From Octopus vulgaris (taxonomy: Eukaryota), in the NCBI GenBank assembly GCA_951406725.2, contig OX597831.1, forward strand, positions 26,164,001 to 26,228,000: 64,000 bases of DNA, written 5' to 3'. Both the position numbers and the translations under genes were made by a program. This document shows, piece after piece, positions 49,750-62,386 of the stretch. The notes beneath the pieces were generated by a model. The model was not told where the DNA came from. It made no database searches and worked only from the letters and a program-made list of their open reading frames with translations. Position 1 is the stretch's first letter, and each line of letters opens with the position of its first letter.

Positions 49750-49940
49750 ACATAAAAAGCACTAAGTCCACTCTGTTGAGTGGTTGGTGTTAGGAAGGGC
49801 ATCCAGCCGTAAAAATTCTGCCAAAACTGTCTCACAGAAGTCAGGTGCATGCTTCGACCTGGCCAGCTCTTGTGGTACCATCCCACCCATGCTAGCATGC
49901 AACACGGATGTTAAATGATGATGATGATGGTGATGATGAT
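49750..49940 (+). mobile_element. SINE family E, 3' part
   Basis: gagtggttggtgttaggaagggcatccagccgtaaaa...cccatgctagcatg...(ATG)n. Confidence 0.75.
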
Positions 49941-49947
49941 ATATATG

Positions 49948-50281
49948 TGAAGGCGCATGGCTCAGTGGTTAGAGCGTAGAGCTTACGATCGTGAGGTTGT
50001 GAGTTTGAATCCCGGACCAGGCTGCGTGTTATGTTCTTGAGCAAGGCACTTTATTTCACGTTGCTCTAGTTCACTCAGCTGTAGAAATGAGTTGCGACAT
50101 CATGGGTACCAAGCTGTATAGGCACTTGCCCTACCCTTGTATGACACTGGTGGCATGAAGAGGGGAGGCCGGTATGCATGAGCGACTGCTGGTCTTCTAT
50201 AAACAACCTTGCCTGGACTTGTGCCTGGGAGGGTAACTTTGTAGATGCAATTCCACCATCAGTCATGACTGAAGGGGGTCT
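49948..50281 (+). mobile_element. SINE family D (tail 2)
   Basis: Closely similar to 46403-46740. Confidence 0.88.
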
Positions 50282-50695
50282 TAACATATATATATATATA
50301 TATATATATATACTTGAACAAACTTGAAACACTGGATTCACAATAAACAAACAAATGCACATTTTGAAAAAGTATAGTATAAAGTTTATATCCAAGCTTT
50401 GTAGTTTGCAATTTTCTTCTTGTTTAGTATTTTGGCCTGTATTAAGTAGGCGATGTTTTTGTGTCAAGAAAAGTGCAGCCAACAGAGGTTTCAGCTGTAT
50501 CAAATGTTTGTAATCCAACCCTTTCTGATAATATTGGAGGTGAACCTCAATGTATTAGCAAAAGTGAAAAAGCGTTACTCATGTGTTGTAAAGACCATCA
50601 CTAATGTTTATATGCATGTGTATATGTATATGTGTAAGTATATATGCATATGTGTGTATGTTTACATATATATATATGAGTGTGTATAAATACAT

Positions 50696-50753
<58 letters not shown>

Positions 50754-50874
50754 ACGTTAATTGGAGTGAATTGAAATCAGTACAGACAACTGATTTGCCT
50801 ACAAACAATGGTGCTTGCATTCTGTCTAGCTTTCTCTCTCACTTCATATGTGTGTGTTTATGTGTCTGTGTGTA

Positions 50875-50922
<48 letters not shown>

Positions 50923-52207
50923 CATACACACATGTATATGTGTGTATGTTTATATGCATGTGTATATGTATATGTGTAAGTATATATGCATATTGGTGTA
51001 TATGTATGTATATACATATATATGTGTGTGTATATATACAAACATATATATATATATGCATATATACATATATATATATGTATGTATGTTTATATGCATG
51101 TGTATATGTATGTGTGTTTACATGCCTGTGTATATGTATTTGTAAGTAGATATGCATATGTGCATATGTATGCGTGTGTATGTATGTATATGTATATGTC
51201 TGTGTACACACACACAAACACATGCGCACACACACATGCAAAAACACACACACACATTTATATATTGGAAGAAGTGCAGATTGTAAAATAGCGTAACCTT
51301 TAATGCAAAGCAGCATGATTTTATTCAAGAATCTATAGAAAAAAATAATATAGCTGCTTCAACAATCAGCATTAAGAATGTATCTTTAAGTATTAATTCT
51401 TTTATTTTCCTTTGAAGATAGATTTTTTTTTTCTTTTCAAATCCCGTTTTAATATTTCTTTCCTGCTCTGTATTTTTTTCTTTTATTATCTTATGTTTTG
51501 ATTTTTTTTTTTTATATTTCTTTCCTTTTTTTGTTGTTGTTGTTGTATGTGATTTGACTTTTGTTTATTACATTTTACAAAGCTTCTATATTATTATATA
51601 TATAGAGAGAGAGATGTTAGCATATATTTGAACTGTTACCAAGGAAACTAGAGCCTGCAAGTTATATGATTAAGCTAGTTCTTGCTTAAACTGGTTATTT
51701 AGTTAACCATACCAGCAACTTAGAATATCCATATGGAGGAAAGAGATTTTAAATTAGCTGATTGATAATATGTGTGGTGTGAATATCTGGGCTAATGTTG
51801 ATGAAATAGCACTTCTTGCTTTCATTATAGTCATTATAGAGACAATTTTATTTTCACATTGGTGTTTGTCAGCTTGTTAAGCAGCTGTGTTCATCTGAGA
51901 AATCCTCGCACCTGATACAAACTGTTGTTGTCTGTGTAGTGAAACTTCATGCTTAGAGAATATCAGAGGTTTTTGAAATACAATATCTGTTGCTGCTGCT
52001 GCTGTTGCTATTGCAGATGCTGCTAACAGCAATAATATATAACAGGTAAAAGTTTCAGTATCAGGAGACATTTTTCAGGTGATACAACTAGTGTCTATCA
52101 TGTGGTTAATAATTACAACTTTGTCAATCACATTTGTTTCCAAGACTGTATTAAAATAAAATTTTAAACCTATGCCAATTCTAAAAATTTTAATTTCATA
52201 CATGTAT

Positions 52208-52240
<33 letters not shown>

Positions 52241-52249
52241 CACATACAT

Positions 52250-52346
<97 letters not shown>

Positions 52347-52369
52347 TATATATATATATATATACATAT

Positions 52370-52555
52370 AATAATAAATATTAGGGAATAAATCCAAATT
52401 TACAGGGAAAAAAATCAGATTTAGGATTAAATCCAATTATATAGTAAAATATTATATCATATTAATTCGAGACAAAACCACTATTTTGCAAATCAAACAA
52501 GGAAAGACTTAATCAATACATAAAAATTTTAATATAAATTAAATAAATTATTATA
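52370..52555. mobile_element. AT-rich (TA)n-embedded element end
   Basis: tattagggaataaatccaaatttacagggaaaaa is related to the reverse complement of 9690-9735. Confidence 0.55.
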
Positions 52556-52567
52556 ATTATATATATA

Positions 52568-52722
52568 GGTGCGGGCATGGCTGAGTGGTTAGGGAGCTTG
52601 CTTCCTAGCTACATGGTTTCGGGTTCAGTCCCACTGCGTGGCACTTTGGGCAGGTGTCTTCCACTATAGCCCCGAGTCGACCAAAGCTTTGTGATTGAAT
52701 TCAGTAGGCGGAAGTTACTGCC
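52568..52722 (+). mobile_element. SINE family A, 5' part
   Basis: ggtgcgggcatggctgagtggttagg...gggttcagtcccactgcgtggcac. Confidence 0.75.
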
Positions 52723-52803
52723 GTGTGTGTATATGTGCGTGTAGGTGCTCAGTGCCTCTCCGAAAGAGAGAGAGGGCTATACACACACACACACACACAC
52801 ACA

Positions 52804-53190
52804 AAGGTGGCGAGCTGGCAGAAATGTTAGCATGCCGGGCAAGATACTTAGCAGTATTTCGTCTGCCATTACGTTCTGAGTTCAAATTCCGCCGAGGTCA
52901 ACTTTGCCTTTCATCCTTTCAGGGTCGATTAAATAAGTACCAGTTACGCAGTGAGGTCGATATAATCGACTTAATCCATTTGTCTGTCCTTGTTTGTCCT
53001 CTCTGTGTTTGGCCCCTTGTGATTAGTAAAGAAATAGGTATTTCATCTGCCGTTAAATTCTGAGTTCAACTTCCGCCGAGGTTGACTTTGCCTTTCATCC
53101 TTTCGGGGTCGATTAAATAAGTACCAGTTACACACTGGGGTCGATATAATCGATTTAATCCATTTGTCTGTCCTTGTTTGTCCCCTTGGG
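52804..53190 (+). mobile_element. SINE family B head-to-tail partial dimer
   Basis: Full unit to aaagaaatag (~53038), then restart at internal gtatttcatctgccg. Confidence 0.85.
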
Positions 53191-53585
53191 AGCTTGGAAT
53201 GTTGCAACGATTTAAGCCAGGTCTTTGGTTCAAACAAGAGATACCTTTTGCCCTCCTCTCAGTCTTGGAGCTCCTTCTTTATAAAGTCATAGACACTGCC
53301 TCTCCTCCTGACTACAAAATAATAAAAAAGAAAAGGAAAGAAAGCTGCATACCATCACTACCCTAGCCACTCACAGATCCTGATTCTTCTCATCTCTTTG
53401 CCCCTACTGTGTTTCACTCCTCACCTTACTTACTACTTCTCCTAATCGTATCTTCACAGAACTGCAGTACCCTTGAACCTCTCTTCCCTCCACATTTTCT
53501 TAAAACAGTTATCAAGTGCACTGATCTCATGAAACTTTGTGATTATTACAGTGAGGAAGAAGCAACTTTAGTCAATGAATAATCT

Positions 53586-53636
<51 letters not shown>

Positions 53637-54012
53637 GTTAACTTCAGACATGTTGGTGAATGAATTACTTAGTAAATATACAAGATTTTTCATTTATTTA
53701 CATAAGAAACAAAATTATTGAAAGATTAAATACCTCAGAAATGCTATCTACTTGAACAACAATAGGAATTTTAATGTTCATATATTTAATACAATTTCTT
53801 GCTAATCTTGAGCTTAAATTAAAAATCTATATTCTTTCCTTTTGTTTTGTCTTTCTTGAACATCTGTTAATTGAGACATTATAAGGAGAATTGCGAGATG
53901 TCAATATTATAAGGTATTTTATTTGATTCTTTCTTGAGGTAAAAATAAAGTTGAAACTTGTCTGGATTTATTTGTTATAGTACCTTGAATAAAACATAAA
54001 ACTTCAGCTTAT

Positions 54013-54174
54013 AGGTGCAAGCATGACTATGTGGTAAGAAGCTTGCTTCCCAACCACATGGTTCTGGGTTCAGTCCTACTGTGTAGCACCTTGGACAAGT
54101 GTGTTCTACTATAGCCTCAGGCTGACCAAAGCCTTGTGAGTAGATTTGGTTAGACAGAAACTGAAAGAAGCCTA

Positions 54175-54250
<76 letters not shown>
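54013..54250 (+). mobile_element. SINE family A, 5' half plus (TG)n
   Basis: ggtgcaagcatgactatgtggtaagaagcttgcttcccaacc. Confidence 0.8.
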
Positions 54251-54255
<5 letters not shown>

Positions 54256-54264
54256 CACATCTGA

Positions 54265-54448
54265 AGGGGTGGTGGCAATCCCTGCTGCACTCTTTCGCCA
54301 CAACTTTCTCTCACTCTTTCTTCTGTTGGCCTGCTTGCTTAGCCAGTGGGGTGGCATCATATGAAGGCTAAAACAATGCGAAGTGCATTGTGACCAGCGA
54401 TGTGTAGCAATATCTGATAGCCTGATCGGTCATGGTGATCACAGTGAT
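54265..54448 (+). mobile_element. SINE family C body with a different 3' tail
   Basis: ggggtggtggcaatccctgctgcactctttcgccacaactttctctcactctt matches 5315-5368, then diverges. Confidence 0.7.
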
Positions 54449-55420
54449 AATTTAGTAAAGATTCGAACCCAATTGTAATTTCATAAAAATTTAGACATTG
54501 TACAACAGTGTTTCCTATGATTGCTATTCTATTAAATTCAGTTCTGTAAATTTCTGTTACAATTTTATTCCCCGCTTTGCTGTCACTAATTAGATCGACT
54601 CTGGAAAGATGTTCAGAAAGAATCACGTCACCAAATAAAACATTGTAAAACATGCTATCTGTACTAAATCCTCTGCCTTAATTATAGAAATTATTATCTC
54701 ACAACTGTGATGTGAGGAATTTTCTTGACATGACGAGGATAATTCTCCAGTTGATATCTAATCAAGAGGTGTTGTGATTTGTTCCAGGAAAACATCATTA
54801 TATGTCATCAAGGATAATAATGCCATTAACCATAAAGATTGGGCCTGTTTTGATGGAATATGGAGGTACCATCAGAATACCCATCAGAATAATTCAGACC
54901 ATGATTGGTTTCATATACACCTTTCCAAAAGTGCCTTTGTTATTACAAAGGTTAAAAATATTAATTTACTTAATTTATAAGTGTGAGTTCTAACAAAATA
55001 TTGTATTATGTGAAGGCCTTTGATTTTCAAGAAGGGGACTAACGTGTTGCTATGTGAGTTCAAGAAATAATTCTGTAGATGTAGAGAAATCATTGCTAAT
55101 TGTATTCCAATTAGTTAAACAATAACGCTCAATTAATAAGAATCACTGATATATGTCAGATATTGATTTTGTTAATTAGTCTGTCAAATAATAGAAGTAC
55201 TCGTACTCTTTTCAGTCCCTTTTAAAAGAGAGGAAAGTGGATAGTGATGGACATGAGCTCATATAGATTTATGATTAGAGTAGAAATATGGAAGGAGATG
55301 AAATATTTGTATGCCGCAGTTTAATGGAGTTAAATGTTACACAAACTATTTAGTACAGGGTCTTTGAGATGAGACTGAATATGGACAAGAAAAGACAGAA
55401 CGGAAAGTGATACAGTTCTA

Positions 55421-55665
55421 TTATTTAAGAGATGAGGAGTTATGTACATGATGTACATTCGATGGATATTTGTCCTCATCTTGTTTGTTGTTAACACAAC
55501 GTTTCAGCTGACATACCCTCCAGCCTTCATCAGGTGTCTTGGGGAAACCCAGGTTTGAAATTTCCCCAAGACACCTGATGAAGGCTGGATGGTATATCAA
55601 CCAAAACGTTGTGGTAACAATAAACAAGATGAGGACAAATATCCATCAAATGTAAATAATGTAAA
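55421..55665. mobile_element. Palindromic element with two opposed minimal hammerheads
   Basis: ~100-bp arms. Minus: GACAC-CTGATGA-A-GGCTG...CAGCT-GAAAC-GTT-GTGTT (55493-55538). Plus copy 55570-55613 with GAAA changed to AAAA. Confidence 0.8.
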
Positions 55666-55796
55666 TAGAGAACAGAAAGTACATTGCAAGAGTTTAAACT
55701 GGTCATGGTACAGAATTGAAACGATATAACATGTGGGCGGATCCCTTGTTTCCGGGTGCCACTTATTACATATCATAGTGATTCATTTATCTTTTT

Positions 55797-56481
55797 TCTT
55801 TTACTTTTTTTCAGTCATTAGACTGTGGCCATGCTGGGGCACCACCTTGAAGAATTTGTAGTCGAATAAAGTGATCTCAGTACTTCTTTTGCCTTTTAAG
55901 CCCAGTACTTATTCTATCAATTTCTTTTGCTGAACTGCTAAGTTACAGGCACATAAACACACCAACCCTGGTTGTCAAGTGGCAGTGGGGACAAACACAA
56001 ATGCACACACATGTATGCATGCATGCACACACACACATACACACATATAGGACACACTTCCTTCAGTTTCTTATTTCTTTATTGCCACAAGGGGCTAAAC
56101 ATAGAGGGGACAAACAAAGACAGACAAAGGGATTAAGTCGATTACATCGACCCCAGTGCATAACTGGTACTTAATTTATCGACCCCGAAAGGATGAAAGG
56201 CAAAATCGATCTCGGTGGAATTTGAACTCAGAACGTAACAGCAGACGAAATACCACTAAACATTTCGCCAGACGTGCTAACGTTACTGCCAACTTGCCGC
56301 CTGTTCTTCAGTTTCTGTCTACTGAAGAAACTTTAGTTTCTGTCTACCAAAACCATTCACAAGGCTTTGCTCAGCCCGAGGTTATTGTAGAAGACACTTT
56401 CCCAAGGAGCCATGAAGTAAGACTGAACTCAGAACCATGTAGATGAGAAGCAAATTTTTTACCATACAGCCATGCCTGCAC
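55797..56481 (-). mobile_element. SINE family A carrying a nested family B SINE
   Basis: A tail at 55800, A head at 56480; see the nested element. Confidence 0.8.
56072..56302 (-). mobile_element. SINE family B nested in family A, 11-bp TSD
   Basis: cttcagtttct at 56061-71 and 56306-16. Confidence 0.85.
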
Positions 56482-57060
56482 CAAGCCACATCTGTGCCTG
56501 AAGTGTGTAAATTGCATGAGCTTAGCTGATATTGAGTTAGTTGAATCGATGCTATCGGTGAATGAATTGACATAAAGAATGAGTTACTTAAGAGAAAAGC
56601 CATATAAAAGAAAAAAGACAACTAGTCTTTTTTGCTCCGGTGAAATTATTTTAAAAATATTCTGATACATAAAAAACTATTATCTACTGACATATTTTCA
56701 TCTGATGGTCTAAGATTTACTTAGACACATCAGTGGAAGCCACAGGAAACTTGATTCTAGAATGAAAAGAGAAAGACTTAAATGTTACTTAAATGTGTGT
56801 TAAGTTGAAGCCACAGTAAACTCGATTTGAAAATGGAAAGAGAAAGGTTTAAATAGGAGTGGTTCGGGAACTTGCCTATCATATAGATCGCTTTTACATT
56901 TATATACATACAGACAATTGCAAAACTGTGAGAAGATACCACAGTGTATACACATATTCATATATGTATATTAGCCATGTATATATATATATATATACAT
57001 ATACACATATATAAAATTAATGTAGACAGCAGTTTCAATGTTTCACCAAGAAGGAAAACT

Positions 57061-57160
57061 ATAATTGTCTCTAAATGTGACTAGGGTGTTAGAAACACCT
57101 GCACTGCTCTTATTTCTAGCAATGCAGGTGTTTCTAATACCATAGCCTCATTTAATGATT
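57061..57160. repeat. 100-bp palindrome next to (TA)n
   Basis: taaatgtgactagggtgttagaaacacctgcactgct / agcaatgcaggtgtttctaataccatagcctcattta. Confidence 0.75.
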
Positions 57161-57220
57161 ATATATATATATATATAATATTATATTATATATATATTAT
57201 ATTATATATATATATCATAT

Positions 57221-57294
<74 letters not shown>

Positions 57295-57351
57295 TATCAT
57301 ATATATATATATATATTATATTATATTATATTATATTATATTATATATATA

Positions 57352-57784
57352 TCTATACATATAAAGCTGAAGTTGTGTGTGTGTGTGTGTGTGGCAGGTT
57401 TGGTAGCCTTGAACTAACACTATCTCCCCCAAGACCCTGCGGTGCAAGTTGACCAAAATTGAGTGTATAATAGAAGAAGGCTTGCTCTTCCTTCCGTAGA
57501 AGATAAAATTCAAATCGGACCATGTTAACACCAAAAATTATTTACACAAAAAGGTGCATTTTTGCACCCTATCTTTTATGATTTTTTGACTGCTATGTTG
57601 CCCTGTTTCGGTGTATTTCAATCAGAAAAATGTTCACTTAAAGAGAATACCAAGCTACATAATGCAAAATTTTTACTTTTCAAAAAAGATTGGAACTATG
57701 TCAAAACTTTGTCAATGCAACATCAAAGTCTGCCGTTTTAAGGGCAACTAAAAAACAAACCCAAGCAACGCCAGGCTATACTGC

Positions 57785-57787
<3 letters not shown>
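57352..57787 (+). mobile_element. Non-autonomous Helitron-like element (same family as 22137-22526)
   Basis: TCtatacatataaagctgaagttg...cccaagcaacgccaggctatactgCTAC. Confidence 0.75.
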
Positions 57788-57824
<37 letters not shown>

Positions 57825-57827
57825 TAT

Positions 57828-57878
<51 letters not shown>

Positions 57879-58013
57879 AGTAAGTACAGATGGTATAAAG
57901 CATTTAGAACACTGGCTTGCTTGTTAGTATTCTGACATTTCACATAGAATAGTCAAAGCCATGGATGTTGTAGCATGGAAATCTAAATTTGCTTATGGAG
58001 ACAGCAACTGAGT

Positions 58014-58135
58014 ATCGCCTGAGGAGATACATATAGATCTTCTTATACGGGCAAATCATTAAATAATTTAATTTAAACTTAACTTTAAATCCTTTATATA
58101 CGAGGATGTGTATGTATCGAAACATTTGTAGTGAT
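58014..58135 (+). ncRNA. Type I hammerhead ribozyme motif, intact core, ~20-bp stem II
   Basis: ATCGC/GTGAT stem I; CTGAGGA 58019-25; GATACATATAgATCTTC/GAGGATgTGTATGTATC; GAAACA-tt-TGTA 58119-30. Confidence 0.75.
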
Positions 58136-58347
58136 TAAAAAACTGCCTAACCATATTTACTCTTCCTTTTGACTATTTTACTTTTTACTTTTTATTTTCA
58201 CACACGATGACTACCTAGGACTAGAATTGGTAGCCTACAATAAGAATTTGGCTATTTGAGAATACTAAGAGTGAACGAGGTCTATTTGTACTCTTATAAG
58301 TTCTTAACAGAACACTCCTCAACTGACTATTATATTATATACATATA

Positions 58348-58391
<44 letters not shown>

Positions 58392-58405
58392 ATATTATAT
58401 TATAT

Positions 58406-58452
<47 letters not shown>

Positions 58453-59559
58453 TATATATATATATATATTATATTATATATATATATAATATTATATATA
58501 TATTATATTATATATATATATTATATTATATATATATTACATTATATATATATATATTACATTATATATATATATATTATGTTATATATATTGTTATATT
58601 ATACATATATACTATATATACTAATCTATACTTTATCATTTTCCATTTTTTAACCTTCCACATTTTCTGTATGCTTCCTTATCAACTGTTCGTGTTTCTT
58701 CTCTGATTCAATTTCTAGTTCATTATGATATGTGATTTGTGCCTAATGAATATGTTTGAGGTTTTTCTCAACATAAAAAAACTATTAGTAGCACATAAAA
58801 ACAAATATTGTGTCTATTAAATAATATATATATATATATACATACACACATACATACACACACACACACATACATGAATGTGTGTCTGTGTGTCTTTTAA
58901 CTGAGTTTTTAATATATGAAGAAAATGTGTAATGTATTGAGTACTATCTTCTTCTTTTATTTACAATAGTAACATTTGAATGTGTGTGTGTATAAAATTC
59001 TTGAAACACGTTTCTCGGTCCCTAATTATTTCCTATACTACCATGCGCTTTTTTTTGTCAAGCATCAGGTGTCCAGGTATTTCTGTTTAGTAACAAACTC
59101 ATCTAAATTTCACAACATCCTTATTCTCTAAACGCAGCTGTAATGTGGAAGAAATATTTATTTACCTTGCTTTGACTATCCTATGTGAAATGTCAGAATA
59201 CTAACAAGCAAGCAGTGTTCTAAATGCTTTATACCATCCATACCTGCAGTGAATTAGTAGATACATACAATACAACTGAAGATAATGCAGTGTTAGGCTA
59301 AAATAGCAGAAAAGAGCTGTATCAATTGCAGTACGTATTGTGGCGTTTCATCTTAGTTGGGTTTGAATACAAATCCTACTATAATTGTCTGTACTACTTA
59401 TGTTTATGGTGTCAATGAAATTCATACTAGCAATACAGCAGTGTTGATGCTATCAGCTAAACACCTCACTTTTCTTCCTAACTTAGAATTAATAATATTC
59501 TATTATTTCTTGGTCCAAAATACTATAGCCATTAATACCAGTTAGATACTGTTATAAAT

Positions 59560-60200
59560 TTGGCATATATAATGCATTGGTCTTTGTGTTTCATGGTATA
59601 TGTAATATATTGTGGGCCTGAAATGCCAGACACTGACTAATAGGCAGTTAATGGATTTGTAAGGTGTGTTGAGGTAATGGGATATGAGTTGGCTCTGAAT
59701 GTGTTGGAGTATGCTGCAAAGATGCTCACGGTAGCAATCACCAGTCAATGACCTGTTTCACTAACAGAAGTACAACAGAATTTCCACATTATGCAGATAT
59801 TATCCAAATATTTATGGATAGAGAATATAAATTGAAAGTTGTGAAAGAGAAGGAGGGTTCAATGTTTTGGCATGCATATAGGGAGCAGAAACACAGTGAT
59901 ACAGATACTAGAGTGGACACAGTAGAGTGTGGGATCCAGAACCACTAAAAACTCCTCTCATTGAAACATCATTGTCGTGGGGGCTGGTCATGTAGAATGT
60001 GTTGACGTCCATGGTAAATGGTTTTGAACATTCTCAGGAGAAAGAGAATGAGTGAAGGAGGTTTAGAGAATGATTGGTCTTACTTATGTAAGTTAGCCAG
60101 GCAGAGAAGAGAGATGATTATAGCTTGTTGAGGTACCTGAAATTGTCTTATTTGAGGATATCTAAGAGGAAGTAAATAGTAGAGGTGTGATACATCTAAA
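59560..60200 (-). mobile_element. Decayed, internally deleted Penelope-like retroelement (RT + GIY-YIG)
   Basis: Minus frames: TYISKTNHSLNLLHSFSF (~60040-60093), FTMDVNTFY (FTMDV at 60004-60018), SETGH*L/GDCYREHL...HYLNTPYKS (~59660-59760), in the expected order. Confidence 0.65.
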
Positions 60201-60585
60201 CAAGAACCAAATCACATTCAAGAGTATGAATCTAAACTATGTGAGGTGGGTGAAGGTTTGAAGGTGAAAATGCAAGTAAAATATCACACAACCTCATAAT
60301 ATTTATGCAACTGTAATCCCAGTAAATATTGACAAACATGAAAAAATTTTGTCAGTGCCAATAACAAACAAAACGTGAAGACCATTATGCCAGTTTGTCA
60401 CTCAATAAATAATGATGTACCTATCAGTATTTGATATATTATTTTATATCTGTTACTACTTCTCTTATCTATTTATTTTGTAAAACTACTTTATTTGTTA
60501 TGTCAAAGAATTTGTCAGCAAAGTTTATCTAATTTTTATATTTGTCACATACTCACATCTTGAATCATATGATTACTTTATATAC

Positions 60586-60742
60586 AGGCATGGCTGTATG
60601 GTAAGAAGCTTGCTTCCCAACCACATGGTTCCCGGTTCAGTTCCACTGCATGACTCCTTGGGCAAGTGTCTTCTATAGCCTCGGGCTGACCAAAACCTTG
60701 TGAGTGGATTTGGTAGATGGAAACTGAAAGAAGCTCATCATA

Positions 60743-60800
<58 letters not shown>

Positions 60801-60992
60801 TGTATTTGTGTGTCTGTGTTTGTACCCCCATCATCGCTTGACAACCGATATATATTTATATGTATGTATTTGTTTGTCTGTGTTTGTCCCCCACCCCCAC
60901 CATCGCTTGACAACCGATGGTGGTGTGTTTACATCCCCATAATGTAGCGGTTTGGCAAAAGAGACTGAGAGAATAAGTACCAGGCTTACAAA
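60586..60992 (+). mobile_element. SINE family A with internal duplication
   Basis: gtctgtgtttgt...catcgcttgacaaccgat occurs twice (~60812 and ~60877). Confidence 0.85.
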
Positions 60993-61796
60993 GAGAGAAA
61001 GAGAAAGAAATACACAGACAGAAAGATAAACAGACACACCCATACACATGCTCTACACATACGTTTGTGTGTGTGTCCATAAGTATATATGCAGACACAC
61101 ACATACATGCATGCACATGTATACGTTTGCAGCATAATCAAATCCAGGAAGTGTGTTGTATCAAATGAGATGAGAGAATGCCTTTAGTGAGTGGGTGGTA
61201 AAGTTGGGTTTTTTTTTTCCTTTTTACTTCTTACTTTCTACAAAGTATCTTAAGTTTAGAGAGGAAAATGATAGAGAACAATACTTCCTTACAAATACAA
61301 CTGGCATAAATATAAGAAACAAATATTATTACCATTTCTGACACAGAACTTAACAATTTCGTGGCAGTAATGTATTCAGTTCCTTGACACCCAATACATG
61401 TTTTATTGGTTCTGGAAGGGTTAAAGGTACTGTTAAATTCAGAACAGAGAAGTTCAAAATAAAAAAAAAAGTTATACCATCACAGTAAACATTTCTTTTA
61501 TTTTTGATTTTATTTAAACAGAAAATAAGTTAAAATAGATATACGTACCTTTATATACAATAAAATATATTTAAGTATTTCCTTTTTGTAGATTTATTGA
61601 TTATATTGATTTTCTGTATGAATGTTTATGTAGATAGGTATGTGTATACATATATATATATATATTTATATATAAATACACACACATACATATATATATA
61701 TATAGATAGATATATAAATATCTCTCTCTATATATATATATAGAGATATCTATTTATATACATATATATATATGTGTGTGTGTGTGTGTATATATA

Positions 61797-61850
<54 letters not shown>

Positions 61851-62044
61851 TACACAGCCTTGGTTTTTTTATCTTATTACGCAAAAAATTCTTATATACA
61901 CACACTGACATAGAACCAACATTGAACCCTTTATTCACAATATTACCGAATCTGGAACTTAACTATGGTCTGTCTATAGCACTTATTCAGCATTACCTGA
62001 TACCTTTGGGTCTCAATGATACCATTATCTCTTATATATATATA

Positions 62045-62155
62045 CTACACTCACGGAGTGGTTGGCGTTAGGAAGGGCATCCAGCTGTAGAAACATTGCC
62101 AGATTAGACTGGAGCCTGGTGCAGCCTTCTGGCTTCCCAGAACCCCGGCGAACGT

Positions 62156-62158
<3 letters not shown>
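62045..62158 (+). mobile_element. SINE family E fragment
   Basis: ggagtggttggcgttaggaagggcatccagctgtagaaac. Confidence 0.75.
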
Positions 62159-62203
<45 letters not shown>

Positions 62204-62348
62204 ATATATTATATTTCTAATCACCAGAACATTACAAAAGTGATTCAAGGACATACTGTTTCATGCATACAAAGCCCTTTAGTCCTCTTTAGTGATTAGA
62301 AATAAAAAAAAAACGTACATGTGTTTATGTACATATATTTATGTACGC

Positions 62349-62384
<36 letters not shown>

Positions 62385-62386
<2 letters not shown>

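Noticed and set aside
54357-54653. 98-aa minus-strand ORF as a gene
   Set aside because: No recognisable domain, runs into a SINE tail, upstream in-frame stop; may be an old LINE scrap.
57061-57160. Hammerhead in this palindrome (GAAACacctGCA)
   Set aside because: No CUGANGA-like half, stem II or NUH site.
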